64,000 nucleotides of DNA from Fusobacteriaceae bacterium (GCA_051648365.1 JBOFEZ010000139.1:759-64758), one strand, 5' to 3'. Shown: positions 1 to 10,451, counted from the stretch's first letter. The notes: generated by a model from the sequence alone, not told the origin. Numbers and translations are program-made.

Positions 1-678
1 CTAAGATTCTTTCTCACTTTTGATTTTTTTATTAATTGAGCTAAAAAACAGTATAGCTAATAATATATATAATACACCTATCACAAAAAAGATATCTCCC
101 TTAAGGGTAGCATAAAGTTTAATTGCAAAAAAACCTCCAAAAAGAAATCCTAACATAGTAAAAAGCGAAAACTCCATCTTCCATATCTCGTTTTTGTCGC
201 CTCTTAGATATCTTCCTATATAAACTCCAATATCTGTAAACATTCCTGTTATATGAGTTGTTTTTGCAGCAATACCCTTATATTTTATAAGCATACCATT
301 TTGAATTCCAACTAATAATGGTAAACTATATAAAAATAAACTTTTTCCTAGAAAAAATTGGTGAAGCATAATAAATGAAAGTCCAATAAATGTTATTATA
401 ATTGTGCATCTCAAATTTCTGTTATCCTCTCTTTTTTCATCTGCAAGAATATAACCTGAGGTAGCATTTCCAAGTAAGAAAAGAAACATTATCTGTATAC
501 TTTTAAAAAGTCCACTTGTGTGGTGTTCTGAAAGATCCATAAAAATATGGACCGCTCTACCTGTAAAATGAGAAACAGCATTCGCATATAATATTATAGC
601 CATTGTATTTATTATTCCACCCAAGAAACATAAGGCAGTTATAAATCCCAAGGTATTTTTTTTGAACTTCTTTATCAT
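1..678 (-). CDS. DUF1275 (YoaK-like) family integral membrane protein
   Basis: 225-aa ORF with its stop (rc of cta = TAG) at 1-3. Multi-pass hydrophobic profile. The N-terminal GGIINTMAIILYANAVSHFTGR pattern is typical of DUF1275 proteins. Confidence 0.6.
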   Translation of the reverse strand: MIKKFKKNTLGFITALCFLGGIINTMAIILYANAVSHFTGRAVHIFMDLSEHHTSGLFKSIQIMFLFLLGNATSGYILADEKREDNRNLRCTIIITFIGLSFIMLHQFFLGKSLFLYSLPLLVGIQNGMLIKYKGIAAKTTHITGMFTDIGVYIGRYLRGDKNEIWKMEFSLFTMLGFLFGGFFAIKLYATLKGDIFFVIGVLYILLAILFFSSINKKIKSEKES

Positions 679-710
679 AGCTATCTCCTCTTAAATCGGA
701 TCTTAGATGA

Positions 711-1457
711 CTATAGTTTTTCTAAAATCTCATCTGGAATATCAAAATCAGCATAAACGTTTTGAACATCATCTAACTCATCAAGAGTGTCGAAAATCAA
801 CATTACTTTTTTAGCTGTTTCCAAATCTGTTATCATAACTTTGTTATCAGGTATCATTGTTATCTCTGCTTCTTCATATTTAAATCCAGCTTTTGTCAGA
901 TTTTCTAAAACAGTCTGAAACTCTGTATAGTCTGTTATAACTTCAAATACATCTTCCTCTAACTTTATATCCTCTGCACCAGCTTCAAGAGCTGTCATCA
1001 TAAATTCATCAGAGTCTAAGCCTGCTGCTGGAATAGTTATAAGTCCTTGCTTTTTGAATTTCCATGATACTGCTCCGTCAGTTCCAAGATTTCCACCTTT
1101 TTTAGTGAATCCCGCTCTGACTTCTCCAGCAGATCTATTTTTATTGTCTGTAACACAATCAACTATAAAGGCTGTCCCTGCAGGACCATAACCTTCATAT
1201 CTGATCTCCATCATTTCATCTGAAGCTAATTCTCCTGTTCCCTTTTTTATGGCTCTTTCAAGAACATCTTTAGTCATATTTGCAGCTTTAGCTTTATCTA
1301 TAGCCAGTCTAAGTCTTGGATTGAAATTTGGATCTCCACCAGCTTCCTTTGCTGCTATTGTTATCTCTTTTCCTAATTTTGTAAATAGAGATGCTCTTTT
1401 TTTATCTTGAGCACCTTTTCTATGCTTTATATTATTCCATTTACTGTGTCCAGCCAT
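711..1457 (-). CDS. YebC/PmpR family DNA-binding transcriptional regulator
   Basis: 248 aa. The hallmark N-terminus MAGHSKWNNIKHRKGAQDKKR and the length are typical of the YebC/TACO1 family. Confidence 0.9.
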   Translation of the reverse strand: MAGHSKWNNIKHRKGAQDKKRASLFTKLGKEITIAAKEAGGDPNFNPRLRLAIDKAKAANMTKDVLERAIKKGTGELASDEMMEIRYEGYGPAGTAFIVDCVTDNKNRSAGEVRAGFTKKGGNLGTDGAVSWKFKKQGLITIPAAGLDSDEFMMTALEAGAEDIKLEEDVFEVITDYTEFQTVLENLTKAGFKYEEAEITMIPDNKVMITDLETAKKVMLIFDTLDELDDVQNVYADFDIPDEILEKL

Positions 1458-1474
1458 TTCTAATACCTCTCTAA

Positions 1475-3388
1475 TTATAGATTAAACTTGATTTTACTCT
1501 CTTCAACTATTTCGCTGATGAAATGTCCTAAACTGAAAGAATGCTGATCCTGAGACCCTCTTCTTCTTACATTGACACCTCTATTTTCAACTTCATTTTT
1601 TCCTATTATAAGCTGAACAGGTATCTTATATTTTCCGTTAGCTTCTCTAATTTTGTATCCTATAGATTCAGCTCTATCATCTAATTCAGCTCTAATTCCA
1701 GCTTCTTTAAGAGCTGCCACAACCTCTTTTGCATATGGTGTCACTTCATCATTGATTGTAAGTACTTTTACCTGTGTTGGTGCAAGCCATAGAGGGAATG
1801 CTCCAGCATAGTGCTCCATAAGGATCCCCATAAATCTCTCGATAGATCCATAAACAACTCTATGAATCATAACTGGTCTATGCTTCTCTCCATCTTCTCC
1901 TATGTATGAAAGATCAAATCTTTCTGGTAGATTTAGATCTAGCTGAACAGTTCCACACTGCCAAACTCTTCCTATAGCATCTTTTATTTTAAAATCAAGC
2001 TTAGGTCCGTAGAAAGCCCCATCTCCAGGATTAATTTTAAATTCTCTTCCAAGAGATTTTAATGCTCCTGCTAGAGCAGCCTCTGATTTATCCCATATTT
2101 CTTGAGATCCGATAGCTTTTTCAGGTTTTGTTGAAAGCTCTATTGAATATTCAAATCCAAATAATCCTTTATAGAATCTATCTATAAGTTCTACGACTCC
2201 TTTAATCTCATCTTGAATCTGATCTTCTCTCATGAATATATGTGCATCATCCTGAGTGAATGTTCTAACTCTCATAAGCCCGTGAAGAGCTCCTGAGAAC
2301 TCATGTCTGTGAACTGTTCCCAATTCTCCAGTTCTGATTGGAAGTTCCTTGTATGAATGAATCTGGTGCTTATATGCCAGCATTCCTCCTGGACAGTTCA
2401 TAGGTTTTATTGCAAACTCCATATCGTCAATTACAGATGTATACATATTCTCTCTATAGTTGAACCAGTGCCCTGATACTTCCCATAATTCTTTATTCAA
2501 CATTATAGGAGTAGCAATTAGGTCGTAACCTGCTTTATCATGCTCATTTCTCCATAGGTCTGTAAGAACATTTCTCATTATCATTCCCTTTGGTAAGAAA
2601 ATTGGGAATCCAGGACCGTACTCACTCATAAAGAAAAGATCTAATTCTTTTCCTATTTTTCTGTGATCTCTACGTTCAGCTTCCTCAAGGAAAGTCAGAT
2701 GTGCTTTTAATCTTGTATCATCCGAAAAAGCAAATCCATATATTCTAGTAAGCATCTTATTTTTAGAGTCACCTCTCCAATATGCTCCTGCTATATTTTT
2801 AAGCTTAAATGTTTTTAGATACCCTGTTGACGGCACATGAGGTCCACGACACAGATCCATAAACTCTCCCTGCTTATAGAAAGACAGCATCTCTCCTTGG
2901 GCTATCTGCTCAATAATTTCAACTTTATATATCTCTCCTAACTTTTTGAAGTGCTCAATAGCTTCTTCCCTAGTCATCATTACTCTTTCAATCTTTATAT
3001 TCTCTTTTACTATTTTCTTCATTTCCGCTTCAATAAGCTGAAGATCTTCCTCTTTGAAAGGCTCTACCGGATCAAAATCATAGTAAAATCCATTTTCTAT
3101 TGCAGGACCAATTGCAACTTTAGTCTTTGGAAAAAGTCTTATTACTGCATCAGCCATAAGGTGGGCTGTTGAGTGTCTAAGAATTTCTTCACCCTCTTCA
3201 GAATCAGAGGTTATAAATTCTACCTTTGCATCTTTGTTTAAAATGTAGGTCATATCATATAACTCTCCATCTATTTTTGCAGCTATTGATTTTTTTGCTA
3301 GCGAATTGCTTATTCTTTTTGCAACTTCAAACATATTTACTTCACTTTCAAATTCTAATACATCTTGGCTTGGAAGTATAACTCTCAT
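1475..3388 (-). CDS. thrS: threonine--tRNA ligase
   Basis: 637 aa. TGS-like N-terminus and editing-domain HSTAHLMA motif. Class II core (HRHEFSGALHGLMRVRTFTQDDAHIF) and a C-terminal anticodon-binding domain. Confidence 0.95.
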   Translation of the reverse strand: MRVILPSQDVLEFESEVNMFEVAKRISNSLAKKSIAAKIDGELYDMTYILNKDAKVEFITSDSEEGEEILRHSTAHLMADAVIRLFPKTKVAIGPAIENGFYYDFDPVEPFKEEDLQLIEAEMKKIVKENIKIERVMMTREEAIEHFKKLGEIYKVEIIEQIAQGEMLSFYKQGEFMDLCRGPHVPSTGYLKTFKLKNIAGAYWRGDSKNKMLTRIYGFAFSDDTRLKAHLTFLEEAERRDHRKIGKELDLFFMSEYGPGFPIFLPKGMIMRNVLTDLWRNEHDKAGYDLIATPIMLNKELWEVSGHWFNYRENMYTSVIDDMEFAIKPMNCPGGMLAYKHQIHSYKELPIRTGELGTVHRHEFSGALHGLMRVRTFTQDDAHIFMREDQIQDEIKGVVELIDRFYKGLFGFEYSIELSTKPEKAIGSQEIWDKSEAALAGALKSLGREFKINPGDGAFYGPKLDFKIKDAIGRVWQCGTVQLDLNLPERFDLSYIGEDGEKHRPVMIHRVVYGSIERFMGILMEHYAGAFPLWLAPTQVKVLTINDEVTPYAKEVVAALKEAGIRAELDDRAESIGYKIREANGKYKIPVQLIIGKNEVENRGVNVRRRGSQDQHSFSLGHFISEIVEESKIKFNL

Positions 3389-3445
3389 AATTTCCCCCTT
3401 TTACTTATTCTTTTTTATTTGTAATCTAAATAGAAATTAAAAGAT

Positions 3446-3475
3446 GATAGTTAAATCTTGAAAAATTCAACTATC
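3446..3475 (-). terminator. candidate intrinsic terminator after the large OM protein gene
   Basis: 11-bp stem with one mismatch (gatagttaaat/attcaactatc) and an 8-nt loop. On the minus strand it is followed by aucuuuuaauu. The U-tract is weak. Confidence 0.4.
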
Positions 3476-3538
3476 ACCTCAGTCTTTTTTTTAGATTTAT
3501 TGTAATATTTTACTACTTTTTAATTCAAATGTCTAGAA

Positions 3539-6500
3539 CTAATCATCAAGATCCACATCAGAAGCCTTTATCCCATCAAACAGGTATGTTTCTGGAGTTA
3601 TTTTAGAATCAACTCCAGAGCTTCTCTTAGCTCCCAATCCAAATATAGGCTTGTCTGGGAATGTAAGAAGGGTAAACTGCAATGCAGCTCTCCACTCATT
3701 ATCTCTGGTTCCATAATCATACTCTCTTAGGAATCCAATAGACCACTCATAGTATCCGAATTCTTTTCCTAACTCTACACCGAGAGCTCCCTCTAATTTG
3801 TTGTTATTTTTAAACCATTCATCTTCGAACTTCGCATAAGTTGTCAGTCTATAACTTTCACTTGGTTTTCCTATTTTCATATTCAAAGATAATAGATGCT
3901 CCCTATCTTTACTATCTTTTCCTCCTATAAATACCAATTCTTCGCTATACGTATATCCTATACCTATTCTACGTTGAGAATAACCTAAACTTACTGTTAA
4001 ATCTTCTATTTTGTCCTTTTCCTCATTTTTTTCTAAGGCTGTATTTATACTAAATCTTCTCTTATAATCTCCTGAAAAAGCCACCGGACGTTTCCATGGA
4101 CTTACAAGATTAAATTTTGTACTTCCTCCTTGAGATATTTTTTGAGCTCTTGTTTTCATAAGTGATGCTATCTCATCCAAATCTTGGGAAGTTAGTTCTT
4201 CTTTGTCTTTATCATACTCTCTCATAGCATACTCTTCTAAAAAATCTTTATCCATCTGTTTATCTAAGAAGCTATAACCTAAACTATAAGTTTTAGTGTT
4301 TTGATTTGTATTCAGATATTCATTTCTTCCAAAACTTGCAGAATAATTGTTTTCATACCTTGTTCCATAATCTAAGAAATTTATTCCATAAAGTTTCTTT
4401 TCTATGTCTATCTCTCTCAGTTGTTCTTTTAAATTTTCTCTGAAATCAGATCCCTTTGTATAATTCAGTGATAGTCTGTCTCCTCTTTTAAAATTATAAG
4501 CATAACCGAATCTGTTAGTTTTAATTTCTTCATAAGAGTCATCAGTATTTTTTATTTTCCATATCTCTGATTCTAAAATGTTTTTACTGTAACTGAAATT
4601 ATGTCTATCTATTCTATAGTTAAAACCATAATTTTCATAAGTAAGATCTTTTTTATTTTCTCTCACTGTATTTTTTTCAGTATATCTCTCATTTGCATCA
4701 TAGAATAAGTTTAAAGATTGTTTCTCTGATAGATTAAGAGCAATCGAATTTCCAAAAATCTGATTTTTTTTCTCTCCTGTACTTGCTCTGTCTATAACTG
4801 AATAATTAAGCTTATATTCTCCAGTTGTATCTCCTAAATCAAATTCCAGTCTATCATTTATTTTGTGATAATTTTCCCTGTGAGTAAGCCTTATATCCTC
4901 ATCTTTGTATCCCTGGTAAGAATAATCAAGTGTATTGGTCACAATTTTATCTTCTTGAGTATACAGATCTTTTCTATGACTTACCTCGCCGTTCAGTCTC
5001 AGTGAATCATCATTTCCATCCGAATATTTTATATCATTTAGATGGGCGGAGGTATATTTATCATAACGAACTCCTCCCAAAACTCTTAATTCTCCTAGAT
5101 TTTCAACTTGGAAATATTTTTTCTCTAAGCTGAAATCTATAAACTCTGAATTCAATTTATATTTGTCGTATGCTTCTCCCATAAGAAAATTGTCATAATT
5201 ATAATATCCATCTCTATCCCAGATTATCTCCCTAGATTTTCCTCCGCCTAGGTTCAGAGCATAGTCATCGTTATATATTTGGACATATCCTCTCTGCTCT
5301 CTTGATTTTTCGTAGGCTATATTTTCATATCTATTCCATTCTCTGTCTCTTTTATTATTTCTTACGCCTCTTCTGAAAGGATCATATACAATTGCTAGTT
5401 CATTTTCCTTGAGATTATCCCAATATCCTGCTATATAATACGAATCCTCTAAAAACTCATATTCTCCAGCTTTAAGAGTTCTATTTTCTGAGTTGTATTT
5501 TGTATATTCCGGGATAGTTGAAAGGGTATAATCTCCCAATCTTCCAACAAGGCTACTATTTACATTGAATACCCAAGGTTTCAAATCAGATTCAGATTCT
5601 ATAAAAGTTATCGGTCTAAATTTATCCCTTGTAGATTTATCATATTTTAATTCAAGCTTATTTTCCTTATCTTGGACCAAGAAACCATAGCTCTCATCCT
5701 TTGATCTGTCATCAGAAGATGAGCTACCAGGATTCATATCTTTCAGCTCATTATAATATCCACCTATTTTATAACGCTTATTATCCTTATAAAGGGAAAG
5801 TTTAGAGAAAAGATCATAATCTTCCGTAGAATCGTCATCAACATAATCAAATACCATAACATCATAGATATCTCTATCACTTACCTGCTTTACTTGAGCA
5901 TCAAAACTTATATCTTTATTTTTACCCAATCCTTTTAATGAGGTATCTAAAGAATAAAATCTCATAACTTCATCTTTATCTATCTCTTTTATCCCCAGAG
6001 ATTCCCAAGCATCATTTCCGTTGTAATCTTTTATTATATCATCTAAAGATGGAACCATATTGGCAGTAGAATTGATTAAATCCATTTGGAAATTTCCATA
6101 TTCTCCTGTGTAATCATGAAGAAGGTTAAAACTATATCTATTATCACTATAATCTTCTTTATTTTTTTTATGGATAAGCCAATCGTCTATATTTAATTTA
6201 GATTCTCCTATCTTATCAAATTTGTACCAATTCTCCCATCTTCCAACTAGCCATCCCATACGGTCTCCAAATTTTGGAGCAAAACCTCCACGATATTTGC
6301 TGTCCTTATCCCCGTAAAGGAATCCCCAGGAAGTAGTCCAACCGTAATCTTCCTGATCTCCCCACATAGGAAATAACGGAACAGTAGACCCCGGTCTTAT
6401 ATTTAATCTATACCAAGGAAAATTAAAAGGAAGATAATCTTCTCCTCTTTTATAAAAATCTATTTTTTGGAAAGTTACCTGTTTCTCAGGTTGAATAATA

Positions 6501-6994
6501 ATAGATTTTGATAACAGATTAAAACCTGCATCTGAAGGATTTTTAGTTTTTCTCACGGCAGGATCTGTCGTGAACCATCCATCAGTTAAGTAAATATCTC
6601 CATTTTTATAATCTAAGGTTTCTCCACCATAATATATTTTATCGTTGGGATATTCCGCCCCAGTGAAACCCCCGACCTCTAAATATCCATATACTTTTTG
6701 GAATTTTCCGTTTTTCCCAGCTGTGTCTACCTCACCTTTTTCTCCATCTAATCTCAATCTTCCTGCTGGATTATAAAATTTTGCAGTGAAAGGTTTATTC
6801 AAGTAAAGCATATTTTTATCTTTATCTCTTTTTATATCTAAAACATTTAATTTCATATCTCCATAGTTTACATCTAAGCCTTCTGTAGATTTTAGAGTAT
6901 CGTTATTGAGATCTATCTCTACGCTGTTTTCTGATACGGCTTTTATAGAAAGCAACATTAGAGCTGCAATCAAAAAAATCTTTTTTTTATTCAT
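3539..6994 (-). CDS. very large outer-membrane protein, putative LptD/OstA-like LPS-assembly protein
   Basis: 1151 aa. Signal peptide MNKKKIFLIAALMLLSIKAVS. N-terminal beta-strand-rich region resembles an OstA-type jellyroll. The long Y/N/D/G-rich remainder is typical of beta-barrel OMPs. Family assignment is from memory only. Confidence 0.45.
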   Translation of the reverse strand: MNKKKIFLIAALMLLSIKAVSENSVEIDLNNDTLKSTEGLDVNYGDMKLNVLDIKRDKDKNMLYLNKPFTAKFYNPAGRLRLDGEKGEVDTAGKNGKFQKVYGYLEVGGFTGAEYPNDKIYYGGETLDYKNGDIYLTDGWFTTDPAVRKTKNPSDAGFNLLSKSIIIQPEKQVTFQKIDFYKRGEDYLPFNFPWYRLNIRPGSTVPLFPMWGDQEDYGWTTSWGFLYGDKDSKYRGGFAPKFGDRMGWLVGRWENWYKFDKIGESKLNIDDWLIHKKNKEDYSDNRYSFNLLHDYTGEYGNFQMDLINSTANMVPSLDDIIKDYNGNDAWESLGIKEIDKDEVMRFYSLDTSLKGLGKNKDISFDAQVKQVSDRDIYDVMVFDYVDDDSTEDYDLFSKLSLYKDNKRYKIGGYYNELKDMNPGSSSSDDRSKDESYGFLVQDKENKLELKYDKSTRDKFRPITFIESESDLKPWVFNVNSSLVGRLGDYTLSTIPEYTKYNSENRTLKAGEYEFLEDSYYIAGYWDNLKENELAIVYDPFRRGVRNNKRDREWNRYENIAYEKSREQRGYVQIYNDDYALNLGGGKSREIIWDRDGYYNYDNFLMGEAYDKYKLNSEFIDFSLEKKYFQVENLGELRVLGGVRYDKYTSAHLNDIKYSDGNDDSLRLNGEVSHRKDLYTQEDKIVTNTLDYSYQGYKDEDIRLTHRENYHKINDRLEFDLGDTTGEYKLNYSVIDRASTGEKKNQIFGNSIALNLSEKQSLNLFYDANERYTEKNTVRENKKDLTYENYGFNYRIDRHNFSYSKNILESEIWKIKNTDDSYEEIKTNRFGYAYNFKRGDRLSLNYTKGSDFRENLKEQLREIDIEKKLYGINFLDYGTRYENNYSASFGRNEYLNTNQNTKTYSLGYSFLDKQMDKDFLEEYAMREYDKDKEELTSQDLDEIASLMKTRAQKISQGGSTKFNLVSPWKRPVAFSGDYKRRFSINTALEKNEEKDKIEDLTVSLGYSQRRIGIGYTYSEELVFIGGKDSKDREHLLSLNMKIGKPSESYRLTTYAKFEDEWFKNNNKLEGALGVELGKEFGYYEWSIGFLREYDYGTRDNEWRAALQFTLLTFPDKPIFGLGAKRSSGVDSKITPETYLFDGIKASDVDLDD

Positions 6995-7009
6995 GTTCTC
7001 CCCCAGTTC

Positions 7010-7324
7010 TTAATATTGAGAAAGTATCTGTAGCAACTCATCCTTGGGTTTAAAGCCAACCAGTTGATCTATCTTTTCTCCATCTTTAAATATTAAGATA
7101 GTAGGGATACTTTTTATTTTATATTGTGATGAAAGTTCTGAATTTCTATCTACATCCACTTTGCAGATTTTATATTCAGTTTCTGAAACTATCTCTTCCA
7201 AAATAGGCCCCAACATTTTACAAGGTCCACACCATTCTGCCCAAAAATCAACTACTACCAACCCTTGAGTTTTTATAACTTCAGCTTCAAAATTATTAAG
7301 ATTTAAATTATTTGTTTTTCCCAT
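7010..7324 (-). CDS. trxA: thioredoxin
   Basis: 104 aa. WCGPC active site within a typical thioredoxin fold sequence. Confidence 0.9.
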   Translation of the reverse strand: MGKTNNLNLNNFEAEVIKTQGLVVVDFWAEWCGPCKMLGPILEEIVSETEYKICKVDVDRNSELSSQYKIKSIPTILIFKDGEKIDQLVGFKPKDELLQILSQY

Positions 7325-7348
7325 AATTTTTCTCCTTTTACATCTAAT

Positions 7349-7377
7349 ATTTTAAAACATCTTGATTCTCTATTCAA
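7349..7377 (-). promoter_or_regulatory. sigma70-type promoter for trxA / large OMP gene
   Basis: Minus strand reads TTGAAT-17 nt-TAAAAT, about 25 nt upstream of the trxA SD (aaaggag). Confidence 0.5.
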
Positions 7378-7396
7378 ATAAAAAAACTTTTTTCCT

Positions 7397-8092
7397 TTAA
7401 ACCAAACCTTTTTCTCTCGCCTCTTTCTCTCTTTCTGCCTGCGATTTATTTACATAGTAAGGTTCTAATCCCATAAGATTATCAGGATTTTTCTCTGCTG
7501 CCAAATATGCTAAAACTGATGCTCTAGGAAGGGACATTATATCGTGATAAAATTTTGCGTCTTCTCCCATCATTGAAATTATAAGATCCTTGTAATTTAG
7601 AGCACCATCTCCTAAAAACAGAGTCTCTTTACCTTTATAATTTTTTAAAAGATCAGTCAACTCTCCATCTCGGTACTCAGTTTTTCTGACCAATACCCCA
7701 TTCTCTTTTTTGTACCCTGCAAAGTATGCTCTCTCTTTTCTTGCATCTATAAGAGAGATAATTTCTCCTGAAAATTCTCCTGCCAAGTTAGCTATCGCAT
7801 CCAGTTCATTTATTCCTACTATTTCACTTTCTAAAGAGTATGCCAACCCCTTTGCTACTGATACTGCAATTCTTATTCCTGTAAAAGAACCTGGTCCCGT
7901 GCTCACAGCTACCCTATCTATCTCTTCTGTTTTTTTTCCTGTGAGTTTAAAGAGTTGGTCTATAGAATTCATTATATTTTCCGAATGATTATTTCCACTA
8001 TTTAATGTTATTTCTGCTAATAATCCTTTATTTTTTTCATAAAGTGCCACTGAACCTATTTTTGTAGATGTATCAATTGCCAAAATCAACAT
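7397..8092 (-). CDS. tsaB: tRNA t6A37 biosynthesis protein TsaB (YeaZ)
   Basis: 231 aa. N-terminal MLILAIDTST and GPGSFTGIRI motifs of TsaB. Overlaps tsaE by 20 nt. Confidence 0.85.
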   Translation of the reverse strand: MLILAIDTSTKIGSVALYEKNKGLLAEITLNSGNNHSENIMNSIDQLFKLTGKKTEEIDRVAVSTGPGSFTGIRIAVSVAKGLAYSLESEIVGINELDAIANLAGEFSGEIISLIDARKERAYFAGYKKENGVLVRKTEYRDGELTDLLKNYKGKETLFLGDGALNYKDLIISMMGEDAKFYHDIMSLPRASVLAYLAAEKNPDNLMGLEPYYVNKSQAEREKEAREKGLV

Positions 8093-8537
8093 TTTTTATT
8101 AACTCCTTTTCTTTTTTATCGTTCCCTATATATTTTATAGACAATCTTCTACTTTCTTCATCATCATACCAAATCTTTATCTCTATATACTCTTTTGGAA
8201 GTTCTGATTTTATTATATCTGCCCACTCTATTAATACAACTCCATCACCATTTATGCAATCTTCATATCCAACTTCATAAACCTCTTCTGCTTCTGATAG
8301 CCTGTATACATCAAAGTGAAAAAGGGGCATTCTTCCACTACGATATTCAAGATAGTAGTTGAATGTAGGACTTTTCAAATTTTCTTTTACTCCTAAAGAT
8401 TTTGCGAAAGTTTGAACAAAAGTTGTTTTACCTGTTCCTAAATCACCTATAAGAGCTATCACTGTATTTTCTTCTACCATCTCTCCCAATTTAGAAGCTA
8501 ATCTATTCATTTCTTCAAATGATAATATTTTTTCCAT
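8073..8537 (-). CDS. tsaE: tRNA t6A37 biosynthesis ATPase TsaE (YjeE)
   Basis: 154 aa. Walker A GDLGTGKTT and the HFDVYRL motif typical of TsaE. Confidence 0.85.
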   Translation of the reverse strand: MEKILSFEEMNRLASKLGEMVEENTVIALIGDLGTGKTTFVQTFAKSLGVKENLKSPTFNYYLEYRSGRMPLFHFDVYRLSEAEEVYEVGYEDCINGDGVVLIEWADIIKSELPKEYIEIKIWYDDEESRRLSIKYIGNDKKEKELIKNVDFGN

Positions 8538-8547
8538 ATCTCCCCCA

Positions 8548-9015
8548 TTAGTTTTTGCATTGAATTTTATTTACTATGTTTGTTGTTGATTTCCCCTCTA
8601 CAAAATTAAGTATTCTAACTTCTCCTCCATGTTTTTCTACAATAGGAGTTTCAGGGAGATCCTCTTTACGGTAATCTCCTCCCTTAACGTGGATACTTGG
8701 CTTTAGAGCATCTATAAGTTCTATCGGTGTATCCTCTTCAAAAATAACTGTAGCGTCCACCGCTTTTAATCCAGAAAGCATCTCTGCTCTATCTATCTCA
8801 TTATTAATGGGTCTGGATTCCCCTTTTAATCTTCTCACTGAAGCATCAGAATTTACTCCTACCACGAGAAAATCACCCTGTTTTTTAGCTTCATTCATAT
8901 ATCTTAAATGTCCCACATGAAGTATATCAAAACATCCATTTGTAAATACAACTTTTTTTCCACTATTTTTTAATTCTTCTATTACCTTAGCTGCAACCTC
9001 TCTACTTAAAGTCAT
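8548..9015 (-). CDS. rfaE2: D-glycero-beta-D-manno-heptose 1-phosphate adenylyltransferase (RfaE domain II type cytidylyltransferase)
   Basis: 155 aa. FTNGCFDILHVGHLRYM (HxGH nucleotidyltransferase motif) and overall similarity to the RfaE/HldE C-terminal domain. Confidence 0.8.
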   Translation of the reverse strand: MTLSREVAAKVIEELKNSGKKVVFTNGCFDILHVGHLRYMNEAKKQGDFLVVGVNSDASVRRLKGESRPINNEIDRAEMLSGLKAVDATVIFEEDTPIELIDALKPSIHVKGGDYRKEDLPETPIVEKHGGEVRILNFVEGKSTTNIVNKIQCKN

Positions 9016-9045
9016 TTTTCCTCCATAAATTATTTTAAATCATCT

Positions 9046-9690
9046 TTATTTTAAATATTTTAAAAGTTCAAAAACTATATCTGCTGTTATTCCCCATATT
9101 AACTCACCATCATAGCGATAAAAATAGACTTCTCTTGGCTGACTTTTCCAAGGAGAACGGTATCTTTCAGGAAGATCCAGCTCTTCGTAGGGGAATATAT
9201 ATCGCTTTCCGTCCTCTTCATAATATGGCAGCGTTTCTACCTGTAGTTTTTCTATCCTTGGTTGATTTTCAAGAAAAAAATTCACTGGCACTAAAAAACA
9301 TCTTTCAACCTCATTTTTGTTCAATTTCAAATTATTTAATGAATTTATATCCACGCTCCCAAGATAAGCTTCTACCAAAATTCCACTCGGAATAACATGG
9401 GTTCCTATTTTACCCAAAAGGTTTATCTTATCTTCTGATAAACCTATCTCCTCATAGCACTCTCTTAGAGCTGTATCTAGAGAATTCCTATCAATTTCAT
9501 CAACTTTTCCTCCTGGAAAAGAAACCTCTCCACCCTGCCTTATTCCTTGAGCTCTTTTTTGAAAAAGAAGATACTGTTCCATCTCATTTTCTACCAATAG
9601 GACAATCACTGCAGAGTTAAAATATTTTTCACTTCCTATAAATTTTTCATGGAAACCTATTCTATCCTTTAAAACTTTTAAATTCACCAT
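9046..9690 (-). CDS. NUDIX hydrolase, CoA pyrophosphatase-like
   Basis: 214 aa. LLFQKRAQGIRQGGEVSFPGGKVDE followed by RECYEEIGL, i.e. a Nudix box preceded by the CoA-type motif. Confidence 0.7.
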   Translation of the reverse strand: MVNLKVLKDRIGFHEKFIGSEKYFNSAVIVLLVENEMEQYLLFQKRAQGIRQGGEVSFPGGKVDEIDRNSLDTALRECYEEIGLSEDKINLLGKIGTHVIPSGILVEAYLGSVDINSLNNLKLNKNEVERCFLVPVNFFLENQPRIEKLQVETLPYYEEDGKRYIFPYEELDLPERYRSPWKSQPREVYFYRYDGELIWGITADIVFELLKYLK

Positions 9691-9720
9691 AAAATCACCT
9701 TCTTAATTATACTAGATAAT

Positions 9721-9768
9721 AAAAAAAAAACAAGAACCTGGAAAAATTTAAACATTTCCAGGTTCTTG
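9721..9768 (-). terminator. rho-independent terminator after upp
   Basis: Perfect 14-bp stem caagaacctggaaa/tttccaggttcttg. On the minus strand it is followed by a U10 tract (A10 at 9721-9730 on the + strand). Confidence 0.9.
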
Positions 9769-9790
9769 ATATCTTCTATAGATATAGAAA

Positions 9791-10417
9791 TTATTTTGTT
9801 CCAAATATTCTATCTCCACAATCTCCTAGACCTGGATAGATATAACCATTTTGATCTAATCCTTGATCTATTTTAGCTGTGTATATATCTACATCTGGGT
9901 GCTTCTGAAGTATTTTAGCTATTCCCTCAGGTGCTGCAACCAGACACATAAATATAATATCCTTTACATTATGTTCTTTCAGGTAGTCTATAGCATAAAC
10001 TGCCGATCCTCCTGTAGCAAGCATCGGATCAAGAAGTATCACTTTTCTCTCTGCTATATCTTGAGGTAATTTGCAATAATAGTAAACTGGTTCTAAAGTC
10101 TCTTCATTTCTATAAACTCCAATATGTCCTACTTTAGCAGTCGGTACAAGATCAAGAATTCCCTCTACCATCCCTAGTCCTGCTCTCAGTATAGGTACTA
10201 TTCCAACGGCTTTATCTTGAAGTGCATATCCCTTTGTCTCCATTAGAGGTGTTTCTACCTTTATCTCTTCTACTTTGATATTCTTGGTAGCCTCATAAGT
10301 CATTAGCTTTGCTATTTCATTAAGGTTCTCTCTAAATGTCTTCGTATCAGTTTTCTTATCCCTTAAAATTGTCAACTTATGCTGAATAAGCGGGTGATTC
10401 ACTTCGATTACTGCCAT
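9791..10417 (-). CDS. upp: uracil phosphoribosyltransferase
   Basis: 208 aa. [18 protein letters not shown] start and PRPP-binding loop [11 protein letters not shown]. Confidence 0.95.
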   Translation of the reverse strand: MAVIEVNHPLIQHKLTILRDKKTDTKTFRENLNEIAKLMTYEATKNIKVEEIKVETPLMETKGYALQDKAVGIVPILRAGLGMVEGILDLVPTAKVGHIGVYRNEETLEPVYYYCKLPQDIAERKVILLDPMLATGGSAVYAIDYLKEHNVKDIIFMCLVAAPEGIAKILQKHPDVDIYTAKIDQGLDQNGYIYPGLGDCGDRIFGTK

Positions 10418-10451
10418 TTTTACCTCCTGAATGTATTTTAATTTTATGTTG

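Noticed and set aside
3389-3538. Possible T-box leader upstream of thrS.
   Set aside because: Only about 150 nt is available. I find no T-box consensus (AAnnnGGGTGGTACCGCG-like) and no specifier-loop architecture. The single hairpin is better explained as the terminator of the upstream gene.
6972-6988. A7 and T8 homopolymer tracts inside the signal-peptide coding region of the large OMP gene. They could act as a slipped-strand phase-variation switch.
   Set aside because: Tracts of this length arise routinely from AAA (Lys) and TTT (Phe) codons in a roughly 30% GC genome and occur in many housekeeping genes here. There is no evidence of a frame-shifted alternative ORF.
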